Both the position numbers and the translations under genes were made by a program. A model generated the notes under the pieces. The model ran no database searches, was not told where the DNA came from, and was given only the letters and a program-made list of their open reading frames with translations. A stretch of DNA of 63,073 nt, the filler included, from Reclinomonas americana ATCC 50394 (taxonomy: Eukaryota): the NCBI GenBank assembly GCA_048213135.1. It is 5 parts of 3 records of this genome, joined end to end, with 100 filler letters (N's around TTAATTAATTAA, not from the genome) between each part and the next. Parts side by side here need not be neighbours in the genome. Positions count along the whole stretch, not along the records: positions 13,676 to 38,352 come from PS015420.1; positions 38,453 to 57,240 come from PS015420.1; 3 more parts are not named here. One strand, written 5' to 3'. Below are positions 32,747-45,640 of this stretch, piece by piece (within the stretch, counting starts at the first letter, position 1; every line of letters begins with the position of its first letter).

Positions 32747-35700
32747 TCATTTTGGCGGTGGCGGGTGCTGGTGCGCCAGCTTGTGGGAGATCACTTGCAG
32801 GAGACGATCGGCCAGAAGATCTAGAGTGGCGTCAAGCGGAGACGACGAGCCAGTGGCCGCGGTCGACGGTCGGAATGATGATGCTGTGGAGGAGGCCAGA
32901 CTGGGTGCCGTGCTGCTTGGGCATGTCAGCTTGCAGACATAGAAACATCAACACGCATACACAAACCTCGTGACGGTATCAGCGGTGGTGTCGTGCAGCT
33001 GACCAGTAACAAGAATGGACGAGATACGCTGGTGCATATCTTGCAGTGCCGAAGACATTTCGTGCAGAGCAAGAAATGGTGTCGCATCAGCCACTGCGTC
33101 GACAGGAGTTATCAAGCAGTGTCAGTCGTCTTATCAACCACACTCCATCTTCACACTCACCATCGGTGCCAGACATTGATTGCGAATGAGACAACTCACT
33201 GCACGATTCGCGAACATGGCCAAACAGGCTCGCCACCCGACTGAATGACTCACGGAGGTTGCCAACGGCGGCACGACAGGCGGTCAGATGAACTGCACCG
33301 CCAGCAGGGGCTCCCGGTGCGCGAGTAGCAGGTGGCGCACTGGAGGTGTGGTCGGCGAGTCCAGGCTGTGCTGTTCCACCCTGCGATGCCGTCTTCTTCC
33401 ACTCTTCCAAGTGGTCGAACAACTGACTACTGGCGCGCGGATCATCCGGCAACGGGGGAGGCCTGACGTCAGCACCGCGATGAGAAATTGAAAGAAGCAT
33501 GACAAAACAGTGGCCATGTCAACGAAACGATGCAGGAATGTGCACTGGATGTGAGAATGCGTCCTCCTCCACAACAGATTGTTGCGATTGTGGTTGTTGC
33601 TGACCACTGCTACACGGCAGCCGTAAGTGGTATGCGTATCAACGCCACACAGTGAGCATACAAACACACCGTTGCGCAGCCTCGCTTGCAGTGGGCGAAT
33701 CGAGATCCTCCGTTGTCAGCGGTGCCTTGGAGTGCACCACTGCCACAGATGGCTTGCTACTCACTGGGGGTNNNNNNNNNNNNNNNNNNNNNNNNNNNNN
33801 NNNNNNNNNNNNNNNNNNNNNNNNNNNNNNNNNNNNNNNNNNNNNNNNNNNNNNNNNNNNNNNNNNNNNNNNNNNNNNNNNNNNNNNNNNNNNNNNNNNN
33901 NNNNNNNNNNNNNNNNNNNNNNNNNNNNNNNNNNNNNNNNNNNNNNNNNNNNNNNNNNNNNNNNNNNNNNNNNNNNNNNNNNNNNNNNNNNNNNNNNNNN
34001 NNNNNNNNNNNNNNNNGTCACGGAGCTGTGCACGGGATCAATCAGCGGGTACCGACACCTCCACTGTATGATCAACACACAGCACACAACCTGACTGCGG
34101 CCGTGGCCGCCACAGACTGCGGAGTGGAGGCCGCTGCTGTCGCTGCACCGGCAGATGGGGAATCAGCCGTCGGCGTGGGCGACTGCGAGTCCCCGGTCCG
34201 AGTGCGAGAGCTGGTGAACTGCATACCAATCTCCTCCAGTCGCTTTCTCGTTTTCTCGATCTGCACAACACACGTACGTATCAGTCATTGTATCATGCGC
34301 ACCTCACGTGCGCCTATTGCAGCACCTCGCTGGCCAAATCGTTCTTCTTTTGTCGCAATCGCAGAGCATCACGCTCCGCACGCAAGGCGGCGCTGATGTC
34401 GCCGGTGCTCTGACTGAGATTCAGGCTGCTTGAGCTGCTGCTGACGGATGACGACACTGGTGACGCTGGACCGCGTNNNNNNNNNNNNNNNNNNNNNNNN
34501 NNNNNNNNNNNNNNNNNNNNNNNNNNNNNNNNNNNNNNNNNNNNNNNNNNNNNNNNNNNNNNNNNNNNNNNNNNNNNNNNNNNNNNNNNNNNNNNNNNNN
34601 NNNNNNNNNNNNNNNNNNNNNNNNNNNNNNNNNNNNNNNNNNNNNNNNNNNNNNNNNNNNNNNNNNNNNNNNNNNNNNNNNNNNNNNNNNNNNNNNNNNN
34701 NNNNNNNNNNNNNNNNNNNNNNNNNNNNNNNNNNNNNNNNNNNNNNNNNNNNNNNNNNNNNNNNNNNNNNNNNNNNNNNNNNNNNNNNNNNNNNNNNNNN
34801 NNNNNNNNNNNNNNNNNNNNNNNNNNNNNNNNNNNNNNNNNNNNNNNNNNNNNNNNNNNNNNNNNNNNNNNNNNNNNNNNNNNNNNNNNNNNNNNNNNNN
34901 NNNNNNNNNNNNNNNNNNNNNNNNNNNNNNNNNNNNNNNNNNNNNNNNNNNNNNNNNNNNNNNNNNNNNNNNNNNNNNNNNNNNNNNNNNNNNNNNNNNN
35001 NNNNNNNNNNNNNNNNNNNNNNNNNNNNNNNNNNNNNNNNNNNNNNNNNNNNNNNNNNNNNNNNNNNNNNNNNNNNNNNNNNNNNNNNNNNNNNNNNNNN
35101 NNNNNNNNNNNNNNNNNNNNNNNNNNNNNNNNNNNNNNNNNNNNNNNNNNNNNNNNNNNNNNNNNNNNNNNNNNNNNNNNNNNNNNNNNNNNNNNNNNNN
35201 NNNNNNNNNNNNNNNNNNNNNNNNNNNNNNNNNNNNNNNNNNNNNNNNNNNNNNNNNNNNNNNNNNNNNNNNNNNNNNNNNNNNNNNNNNNNNNNNNNNN
35301 NNNNNNNNNNNNNNNNNNNNNNNNNNNNNNNNNNNNNNNNNNNNNNNNNNNNNNNNNNNNNNNNNNNNNNNNNNNNNNNNNNNNNNNNNNNNNNNNNNNN
35401 NNNNNNNNNNNNNNNNNNNNNNNNNNNNNNNNNNNNNNNNNNNNNNNNNNGTTGCTGCTCGAGTTGGCGACAATGGCTGACCGATGGCCGGGCTCGCCTG
35501 TGTCGACACCAACAAGAGGTGATTAGCGGACTCACACGAGCGCCTCTGACTGCACTTGCGCAACAACAGGTGATGAGGCCAGCTGCTTCTGGTCGCGGAA
35601 TTGCTTGCTGACAGACATGCGAAGCGCAGCGGGCGGCGACGATTGTTGATTGACGGGCGACGATGGGCCGCCGAGAGATGAGAACTCGTCACGAATTGCA

Positions 35701-38700
35701 TCACTGACCGCACATCGTGTGAGAAATCATCACCATGGAGGAGACCAACACGAATGGAGCAGTGGAAACTCACCGCTCGTCCGCCTCCTCGTCCACATTA
35801 CCGGGACTGATGGTCCCGCCAGTGGTTGACCTGGCCGTATCCAAGGCTCCGCTACTGCTGCCGCCCCGTTGCATTTCCTCTTGCTGGTAGGGGTTGGTAG
35901 ACGGTATACCAAGTCAGCCACACATTCTTTGCTTTATCACTCTCTCACTGCTGTGCGCAAACCTCGAACGCCTCGTGGGCCGCCGCCGTGTCACCGTCAT
36001 CAAAGAAGATTTCTTCGTCGTCATTGTCCGTGTCGTCACCATCACCGTCCGAATCCACTTCGAGAACGCCCACCACATCACTGTCGGCCTGCAAGCGCAC
36101 AATTATTCAGAAATCGAATGTGCTTCGAAATCACGCAAGGAGCATACATCGGATGTGAGCAGCACGTCGTCGTCGGCCTCGAGCGCCGACGCCAGCACCG
36201 TGGTTCTCTGCGAGGCGCCCAATGACGCAGCCTTGTCGATGGACTGCATGCATGTACGTGGTGAGAATCCGCAACAACGGCAGGAGCACGCAGCACGCAC
36301 CTCAGAGTCGCGCGGTGTGGCCAGATCCGAAATTAGCGGTTCTGAATCCACAGTCAGCAAACCCTCGGCGCCCGGTGCATCGTCGGCATCGACCTCCTGC
36401 AACAGCGACCAGATGAGATTTCCAAGAGCACAGATGCCTCAACTTTTCCTTGCTGCTGCACCTCGTCCACTTCGGTCACCGCAATGGCCACTCCCGCTGA
36501 CGCGCCGGCAGCGGCGGCCGCCTCTCGAGCGCGGACTCGTTCGGCCCACGCATTCAGCCGGTCCTTGGGCGAGTCACCCGCGTGTACCGGCGACGACGAG
36601 GGCACACGTGCCGGCAACTCCTCCTGCGACGCGTTGTCAGTACACGAACTCGACAGACAGAGTACACGACGAAACATCTCCAGTCGGCGATGCAGCGTCC
36701 TCGGGCTCAGAAGAAGCAACAATGGTGGGCTTCGCCGACGACTGAGCCATGGACGACTCAGCAACGGCAGGCAGTGGCTTTTCGCGCACATTCTGCGCCC
36801 ACTTGCTGCGAGCAGCCGGCGGTCGATCACCCTCCACCACTGGCGACGAGTTGGAGACAATGTTGACCACTGCAGGGTCAGTCAGTCGCTAGTAGAGTTC
36901 TCTCCACGCACCGCAGTGGCCCTCACCGTTGCCGGAAGCATCGGTCGATGTGGTCACAGAGCCGGCCGCAGAGCCGCCGTCTGCATCAAACTGCGCACCG
37001 ATTGCGTATGGTGAGACTGACGTGTGCACACACATGGTGTCACATCTGCCACAACCACACCTGCGCGCGAGCCCACGCCGGCAGCGCATCTTTGGCAAAG
37101 TGATAAGACAACCGGTCATCCCTCTCCACTGGTAGTTCGACGAGATGCGAGTCAGCTGCTGCAGCGCCAGTTGGTGCCGGCTGCCCGCCCACTTGCGTCG
37201 ATTGCAACAGCATCCCTTGCAAACTAGGATGCTGTGTGTGAGTGCGCAGCACCAGCAAGAGACATGCACCGCACCGCAAAACTCAACTGCTCCAACTGCT
37301 GTGCGTATTCCTTGCTGCCCTGCGGTCCCTGCCTCAGGTCGGCACGTGGTGGACTCACACTCGTGCCACGCGAAGGGGCATCCATGACGGACGCTGACAT
37401 GACATTCGGCAGCACCACGGCTGCTCGGCAGATGAATCGTGCCCAGTGAGAAAGAACTGGTGCACACTGGCTATCTCACACAGCACAAACAACGCAACGA
37501 GCAGCTCCTCGATTCCACTTGCCACGCTGCTGCGGTGGCGTGGGACCTTCATCAGCTGCAGCAATGCCAGTGGGCGACGAGCTCTCCTCCGCCTCTTCAG
37601 CGTCCTCCGGGACGAAAGCACCCGTCGGCGGTCGCTGGCCAGCACTACTGATACGTCCACCAGCGGCAGGCGCACGTGGAAGCGACGGTGGAATGCCTGC
37701 CGGCGCTTGTTGCTTCATCTGCGCACGATGCAGCAGCACCGAGGCACGCACACCCTTCATTGNNNNNNNNNNNNNNNNNNNNNNNNNNNNNNNNNNNNNN
37801 NNNNNNNNNNNNNNNNNNNNNNNNNNNNNNNNNNNNNNNNNNNNNNNNNNNNNNNCCATTTCTCGCAGACTGTCGGAGCATACTGAGCAGGAGAGAAGAA
37901 GAGACGTGGCCGAGGGCGACTGAAACGCACCGTGCTTGCATGGTTGACACCCACTCTTGCGGCAGTTTCCACACAAAGATGCAACCATCGCCCGACACCG
38001 ACAGAAGCCGGGAGCAATCGTGCGAGAAGGTGACGCCCGTCACCACCTCCGAGTGGCCAGTCACACGCCCGATGCACTCACCAGAGAAGAAGTCGTATAC
38101 ACGAATGAACTGCACCCAACACGTCGGTACCACTAATCTCGGCATTGGTGGAGCAGATTAGACGCACCTTGTCGGTGGAACTAGTGGCCGCAAACACGCC
38201 TGCGGGGTCCACGGTGACCTTGATGGGCTCCGCATTCTCGCCACTCGTCTTGTAGCTGCGAATCGGCTTCCCGTTGTTGATGCTCCAAATGTTCAGTCGC
38301 TTGTCTTGCCCGGAGCTCACCACGTACTGCAATCGCAAGTCAGCACGCCTGCNNNNNNNNNNNNNNNNNNNNNNNNNNNNNNNNNNNNNNNNNNNNTTAA
38401 TTAATTAANNNNNNNNNNNNNNNNNNNNNNNNNNNNNNNNNNNNNNNNNNNNAGGTCGACTCCGCGCCGCACACCAACGCAGACCTTTTCAGTCGCATCA
38501 ATGCCAATGTCGTAGATGGTGCCGTACGCGACCACGGCATGATGGTACAATGCAAACGTTCCACCCGATGCCTGCAGCAGCACATGAGCCAGTTGATTTT
38601 CCTTTTGTGACGAAAGAGACGTGGTGACGCACTGGTTGCGAGGCGCGGAATATGATCGACTTGTCGGAGCTGCTGCTGATGAGCTTGGTGCCTTTGGCGG

Positions 38701-41624
38701 CGAACCTGGAGCGCATGGCAACTGTGAGAAAGAAAACAGACACGATGCTTGTTGTCGCACGCAACATGATAGAGGTCACTGCGGCAGAGTGGTCGTCCAG
38801 AGTTTGCACTGGTCGCATGCCGTTCGACAGATCAAACACGTGGATCAGCCTGTCGCGACTGGCCGTAGCGATCAGACTCGAATCAGTGCCTGCAATAGAG
38901 AGCACGCCGATGAGATCGTGATGCGCTTGACAGCAATCGATTTGGCGGCAACGAAAAAAAGCGGACCATTCGAGTACGCCACTGACAGCACCTCGGCGTC
39001 GTGCGCCGTCTGGTTGTACAGCTCGGAGTAGTCATTCGTGTCAAACACGCTACAGAGAGAGAGGAAGTGCGTCACAGGACTGCAAACGTGCATACGTGGA
39101 GAGAGTACCACACTCACGAACCGCACAGCACCGACACGATCGCCCACTGTCACCGACGACCCATCTGGCGACAGAGCGACACACCGCAGTCCGCCGTCCC
39201 CAATGCTCGGCACATCCGAGCCGACGCCTGCAACAGACAACACACGCATGCTTATGATGTCAGCGCCTTCTGTCTCATAATTTCGCATCCCCCTGCTTCT
39301 ACTCACGAGAGTCGAGTTCCGCTGCCCTCATGGTGGTGAAATCGTACGGTTTCATGTGCACCGCCCGAATCATCTCTCGACTGTGTGGACTCCGCGACTG
39401 CGTTCCGTGTGACGCCCCCCCAAGCTGACTTGCGTTCATCGTCGACATGCTCATGGAGCTCTGGTCGCCACTGAGATCCAAATTCCAGAAACGAATCGTG
39501 TTGTCAGCGGAACATGTCACAAACGTGCCCACCGGCAGTGTCGTCGTTCCATTCTCCACCCCTTCATCGGTCAAGACGTGCAGCGACCACAAAAACACAC
39601 ACACAGAGAGAGTCAAGGCCACCGCCAGCGAGGAATGAGAACGCAAATAATTGATCAAGCAGCATCAAAGGATATGTCAATGTCCCAGATGCATGCACTG
39701 TGCGCCAGGAAGGACCGAACGCGACCGATTTTCTTGGGCGCACGCAGATCCCACACAATCATGCTGCGGTCGCTGTACACACACGTGAGACGAGTGGAGT
39801 CGCCGGAGAGTCTGCAGAGGTCATGAATGTGAGTGCGCAAGCGTCTTTCGATTGTCAGGAGGGCGTGGAGCATGCGCATTCGAACCGAGCCGCCACACAG
39901 TCGGGATACTCGTCGCTGGCCGCATCAACACCTCTGCAACACGAGGAAGTGTGTCGGTGAAGAACAAAAAGAAAGAGAGGACCATTCGGCAGATTATGGT
40001 TCGCGCAACTTGCCCGAATGCAAATGCGTCTTGCCGAGGGCGGCCGGTTTCGGGGCAGTGCCGACGTAGGAGAGAGTGCCGATCTGGAAGATGCGCACAA
40101 AGCCGTCGACGCAGCCGACAGAGATGTACTGATCGCTGACCGAGAGGGCGAAACACTTGGGCACCTTGAGATTGATGAACTTTTCGAGTGCCCTCGAGGG
40201 ACCGAAGCAGCACAGGAGACCCGTGTTGGTCACCGCATACACCGACTCCCTGTGAAAGCTGGTCAGTTCCCACTGCTCGCCGCATTGCGCGCTCGCTACA
40301 CGACAAACCTGGCTTCACCGACACCACACGCCACGTCCATGAACACCGAGCTGGTCTCGGTCTCCAGCGAGGCAGCGCGACCCTCCAGTACCTGTTGTGT
40401 GGCCTATGTATACCCACCCATCCACCGCCAATTCAAACACCTCGCAGGAGACGCCGGCCGGGAGTGCATGAACGTACCTTGCCTGCAGAAATGCCTTGCG
40501 AACGCTGCAAGGGATAGATGCCGTCGGCGCCAATCGTCCAGAACTTGACATGGCGCGGTCCACATGTCACAAAGTACGAGCCATCCTCCGCAAACGACAC
40601 ACCGTACACCGGAGTCTTCAGCTTGCAGGAGGCCACCACCGAAAAGTCTTCCCAGTCCCACAGATTCATCGTGCCGTCGTGCTGCAACCCGACCGACACC
40701 AGATACCTGCAGCGGCGACACAGTCAGCAGTGAGCGTGGAGGGCCGTGCCAGACAGTAAGGGAAAAGGCTACGCGACTTTTCGTTGGGCGAAAATCGAAC
40801 ACACGAGACGCCGTACTTGTGCTGCTTCAGCTCGGCGATGCTCTGTCCACTGCTAAAGTCCCAGATGATGACCGCCGGCTGTCGACCGCTCTCGCCCACG
40901 GCCAGGTAGCGACCAGACGGTGAGAACGCCACACACGAGATGGGCTTGTGGTTCTTGGAGAGGAAGAAACGCGTCTGGCGGTTCTTGCGCGCACTGTAGA
41001 CGACCACCACACAGCCAGCCGGGTACGCCACATCACCAGTGCGTGGATTGGTGGTCAGCTGCGCGTTGGATCGCACTGTGCATCCGATGGTCCGCTCAAG
41101 CATGATTCGCTGTGCTCACACACAGTCAGTAAACACAGCAACAGGAGCGGCGACAGTGTGTGTGTGCGTATGGCAGTGACAAGAGACAAGTGCTCATGGA
41201 GTGGGCGCAGAGGGGGGTTGCAAAAGCGATGGCGCGAAACGATCACACTCACACGCACGCTCTCTTCTCCCTCTTCTTGTCCTCTCTCTCTCTCTCACAC
41301 ACACACACTCACACCCGTGGATGCACGTTTCACATGTCTCCCCTCTTCGCGACTGTGCAGGTGCATGTGTCTGTCCATCACATCCTCTTACTCAACAGCC
41401 TTTTTCCCGCCTCCAGTCGACGACGAGGCCGACGACGCAGCAGAGGATGGACGCGGCACGTCGCTGCTGCCTGCACCGGCTGCGCCACTGCCACTACTAC
41501 CGCCGGCCGAGGCCGGTCGGGCAGCAGGCTGCTTGGAGGCAGCAGCTGAAGCCGCAGATGGAGCAGGCGCAGCAGCTGAAGCACCGCCTCCGCTGCTGGG
41601 TGCTGCTGGAGTGGCACGACGCAT
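32747..41624 (-). CDS. MAPKBP1: WDR62/MAPKBP1-like WD40-repeat protein, multi-exon, spanning several gaps and one spacer
   Basis: LERTIG...VAYPAGCVVVVY, AFSPSGRYLAVGESGRQPAVIIWD, HKYGVSCVRFSP, TFVTCSADNTIRFWNL, ATASRDRLIHVFD...QTLDDHSAAVT, GHSEVVTGVTFSHDCSRLLSVSGDGCIFVWKL. The C-terminal helix is LDLLADRLLQVISHKL, with TGA at 32749-32747. Confidence 0.92.
38353..38452. other. Artificial contig spacer lying inside an intron of the WDR62/MAPKBP1-like gene
   Basis: N44-TTAATTAATTAA-N44. The flanks join to a 58-nt GT-AG intron between DATEK and YVVSSGQDK. Confidence 0.95.
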
Positions 41625-41713
41625 GAGACTCACAAGACGATCACAACACACCAGAAGGCGATGAGGAGCAAGAGGACGGGGACAAGTCGACAACGAAGCT
41701 GGATTCTTCATTC

Positions 41714-44700
41714 TCAAAAGAGGACGGGAAAGTGCGACGCCATGCTGACGATGTGGTCGGCGACCAGCGATGGGTCTTTGCCGTTCTCCAGCACCTCCTG
41801 TCGCGGATCGAGAGGTGAGCAAAAGCACAAACTGCACGCAATTCTTCTCACTTCTCCTCACCAAGACGGAGGACAGCATGGCGTCGCCCACTTGCTTGGC
41901 AAAGTCGGAGAGGAACGTGCCGCCGGTGATGAGCAGAGCCTGTGGTGCGACTGCCAATGTGCACACGGTGGAGAGAGAGAGAAAGCTCTTTCTTTGTCAC
42001 TGCGTACCTTGAGTGTCACCACGCACTCCCGGTGAGCGTCGCGCGACGGGCTGTAGCAGATGCACGCCAGCAGCTGTGCTATGATGGAGGAGGGAGACGA
42101 TGACAGCATCTCCACGAACAGGTGATTGGTGCGGTCGCCCAGGCCGAGCAGCTCGCGAATGAGTCGGGCTGCGCAGCCGGCGGCCGACAAGTACGGTCCG
42201 TCCTTGCCACTCTCGGAGCCGGCCACCGTCAGCATTTGCTCACGCAGCGTCTGGTGTCCCTGTTGTGGCGACGACGAGGATGTTGCTCCGCTGCTCTCAC
42301 CGGGTGAACCGCGGGCGTATGCTCGGCGGGCCAGCAGACCAACGCGCAGAGGAGGCGAGCCGGTGGACGGCGAGCGAGCGGCACCCGAGGGAGATCCCAC
42401 GCGGGGCGTGGCTCCGTCGTCTTCGTCGTCGGACTCGCCGGCTTCGCGTACCTTTTGTGCGCGCTGTCGCGCAGCGTGCTGCTCGTTGATCTGCTCCCGC
42501 AGCTTCTTGCTCTCTGCGGGGATCGACAGCGAGGCACTGGTATGGCAGGCGAGGTGAGCGCGAGCTGGGAGAGAAGAGGCGCACGAGCACGCAACAGCTC
42601 TTGCCCGAGAGCCTCCTCGAGCGAGCGTGGCACGTCGCGGGAATCGATGGAGGTCTCACCGTTGGGGCCGACAGTGAGGTCCACCTTGCGCAGCGCGCCA
42701 CTGGCGCCCTTGACGGCGGCGTCGAGAATGCTTTGCAGTCGATGGAGCACCGGCACCACGCGCACGCCATGCTTGTCGGTCCACAGTAGGTGCTTGAGGA
42801 ATTCGAGCCCTGCACGCGCGCGCTTGCTGTGAGTACCACCCTGCATTTTCTCCGTCGGTGCCGCCACTACAGCCTNNNNNNNNNNNNNNNNNNNNNNNNN
42901 NNNNNNNNNNNNNNNNNNNNNNNNNNNNNNNNNNNNNNNNNNNNNNNNNNNNNNNNNNNNNNNNNNNNNNNNNNNNNNNNNNNNNNNNNNNNNNNNNNNN
43001 NNNNNNNNNNNNNNNNNNNNNNNNNNNNNNNNNNNNNNNNNNNNNNNNNNNNNNNNNNNNNNNNNNNNNNNNNNNNNNNNNNNNNNNNNNNNNNNNNNNN
43101 NNNNNNNNNNNNNNNNNNNNNNNNNNNNNNNNNNNNNNNNNNNNNNNNNNNNNNNNNNNNNNNNNNNNNNNNNNNNNNNNNNNNNNNNNNNNNNNNNNNN
43201 NNNNNNNNNNNNNNNNNNNNNNNNNNNNNNNNNNNNNNNNNNNNNNNNNNNNNNNNNNNNNNNNNNNNNNNNNNNNNNNNNNNNNNNNNNNNNNNNNNNN
43301 NNNNNNNNNNNNNNNNNNNNNNNNNNNNNNNNNNNNNNNNNNNNNNNNNNNNNNNNNNNNNNNNNNNNNNNNNNNNNNNNNNNNNNNNNNNNNNNNNNNN
43401 NNNNNNNNNNNNNNNNNNNNNNNNNNNNNNNNNNNNNNNNNNNNNNNNNNNNNNNNNNNNNNNNNNNNNNNNNNNNNNNNNNNNNNNNNNNNNNNNNNNN
43501 NNNNNNNNNNNNNNNNNNNNNNNCGACCGCGCACAACATAGGTCTCGCTGTCATTGTCAATGCCATGGTGGAGGCCAAGAGTGAGTCGGCCTCGGAGACC
43601 TGCCGGCGCGCACTGCAGCAGCTGCATCTGGTACGTTCGTCCAGCACGCACAGAAAACGATCCGTGCACGCGCACCCTCCCTCTTACATGACTTGCGCAG
43701 GGCAATCCGACCTTCTCCGGTCAAATGTACAGCACCCTCAGCGCCGCGTGGAGTCGTTGCAAGGCGAGCGGGAATGCGGAGGGTATGGGGCGTGCTGCGG
43801 CCGCCATTCGCCAGTTCTACTCGTCGGATTCACCGGAGCTGGATGGAGACGAAGTGGTTGACATTGGCATCTCATTACTGCGAACCACGGTACTGCGAGT
43901 GCAGTGTGAAGGTCGGTACAGNNNNNNNNNNNNNNNNNNNNNNNNNNNNNNNNNNNNNNNNNNNNNNNNNNNNNNNNNNNNNNNNNNNNNNNNNNNNNNN
44001 NNNNNNNNNNNNNNNNNNNNNNNNNNNNNNNNNNNNNNNNNNNNNNNNNNNNNNNNNNNNNNNNNNNNNNNNNNNNNNNNNNNNNNNNNNNNNNNNNNNN
44101 NNNNNNNNNNNNNNNNNNNNNNNNNNNNNNNNNNNNNNNNNNNNNNNNNNNNNNNNNNNNNNNNNNNNNNNNNNNNNNNNNNNNNNNNNNNNNNNNNNNN
44201 NNNNNNNNNNNNNNNNNNNNNNNNNNNNNNNNNNNNNNNNNNNNNNNNNNNNNNNNNNNNNNNNNNNNNNNNNNNNNNNNNNNNNNNNNNNNNNNNNNNN
44301 NNNNNNNNNNNNNNNNNNNNNNNNNNNNNNNNNNNNNNNNNNNNNNNNNNNNNNNNNNNNNNNNNNNNNNNNNNNNNNNNNNNNNNNNNNNNNNNNNNNN
44401 NNNNNNNNNNNNNNNNNNNNNNNNNNNNNNNNNNNNNNNNNNNNNNNNNNNNNNNNNNNNNNNNNNNNNNNNNNNNNNNNNNNNNNNNNNNNNNNNNNNN
44501 NNNNNNNNNNNNNNNNNNNNNNNNNNNNNNNNNNNNNNNNNNNNNNNNNNNNNNNNNNNNNNNNNNNNNNNNNNNNNNNNNNNNNNNNNNNNNNNNNNNN
44601 NNNNNNNNNNNNNNNNNNNNNNNNNNNNNNNNNNNNNNNNNNNNNNNNNNNNNNNNNNNNNNNNNNNNNNNNNNNNNNNNNNNNNNNNNNNNNNNNNNNN

Positions 44701-45565
44701 NNNNNNNNNNNNNNNNNNNNNNNNNNNNNNNNNNNNNNNNNNAATGTGAACGCAAGGAAGAAAAGGAAGTGAAGATCCAACGACAGCCATGCACGCAACC
44801 ATTCAGCTCGCACGCGCGCTCTTTCCACTTTCTCGACAGCGAGAACACGGCGTGGAGTACGCGTGCGGCTTCCTTCTTGTCGCGCTGCGAGGTGGTGTGG
44901 CATGAGGCATAGCAGGATGAGGGAGGGACGAGGAAAAAGGCCGACCTCTTCTCCGAGATCAGGCGGCAGCTCGAGGATCGACAGCAGAATGTCGATGCCG
45001 TCCTGCTCTACAAACTCCTCCATGAACTCAACCAGAGGGCTGCCCGAGCACAGAAACACCTCCAGAGCACGCAGGATCCAGTAGAGGGCGCCCGTCTCCG
45101 ATCTGGATCATCGCGGAAATTGATGATGAGACGACGCTCACTCTGTCTGTCTCTCAGTAACACGCACGCAACGTGGCACGCAGGGTGGCCACCAAACGCA
45201 TGAGGAACAGGTTACTGGCGTTGCCCAGCACGCTCTGTAGCTCGGCGCCTGTGTGTCCCTGATACTCGTGCACGAAATCCTTGACCACTTGGATTCTCTC
45301 CGCCTTGGTGCCCTGCCTCACACCCACCACTGTGAGCAAAAGAAGACACCCCCCGCACACACACACTATCCTCTACACGCACCCGATCCCATCGCTTGAC
45401 CAGCGTCTGCACCACCGCCTGATTCCGTTGTGGATTGAACTTGGCCGCCGCCGTGCCCGCCTGCATCGCATCCATGCGCGACGGAGACGTGTTTCGCGCC
45501 CCCGGAGACCGACGCACAAAACGCCGCATCAACTCCTCTGTGTGCGACGCATCCGACGCCTCCAT
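41714..45565 (-). CDS. ARMH1: Armadillo-like helical domain protein 1 (C1orf228) homolog; two middle exons are on the + strand (43524-43921)
   Basis: KRWDRGTKAERIQVVKDFVHEYQGHTGAELQSVLGNASNLFLMRL and EFVEQDGIDILLSIL...DKKEAARVL...KWKERACELNG resemble the ARMH1 N-terminus as I recall it. The C-terminal region is AAGCAARLI...HRECVVTL, with TGA at 41716-41714. Confidence 0.8.
43524..43921 (+). CDS. ARMH1: Inverted segment carrying two internal ARMH1 exons
   Basis: The + strand exons GLAVIVNAMVEAKSESASETCRRALQQLHL|GNPTFSGQMYSTL...LLRTTVLRVQCE fit, in splice phase, between the flanking - strand exons. Confidence 0.8.
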
Positions 45566-45640
45566 ACTCCCACCACCACAAAAAAAACGAAACCGACGAC
45601 CGGACTGCGTTACAGCAACGTCTACAGCTCACAGACACAC

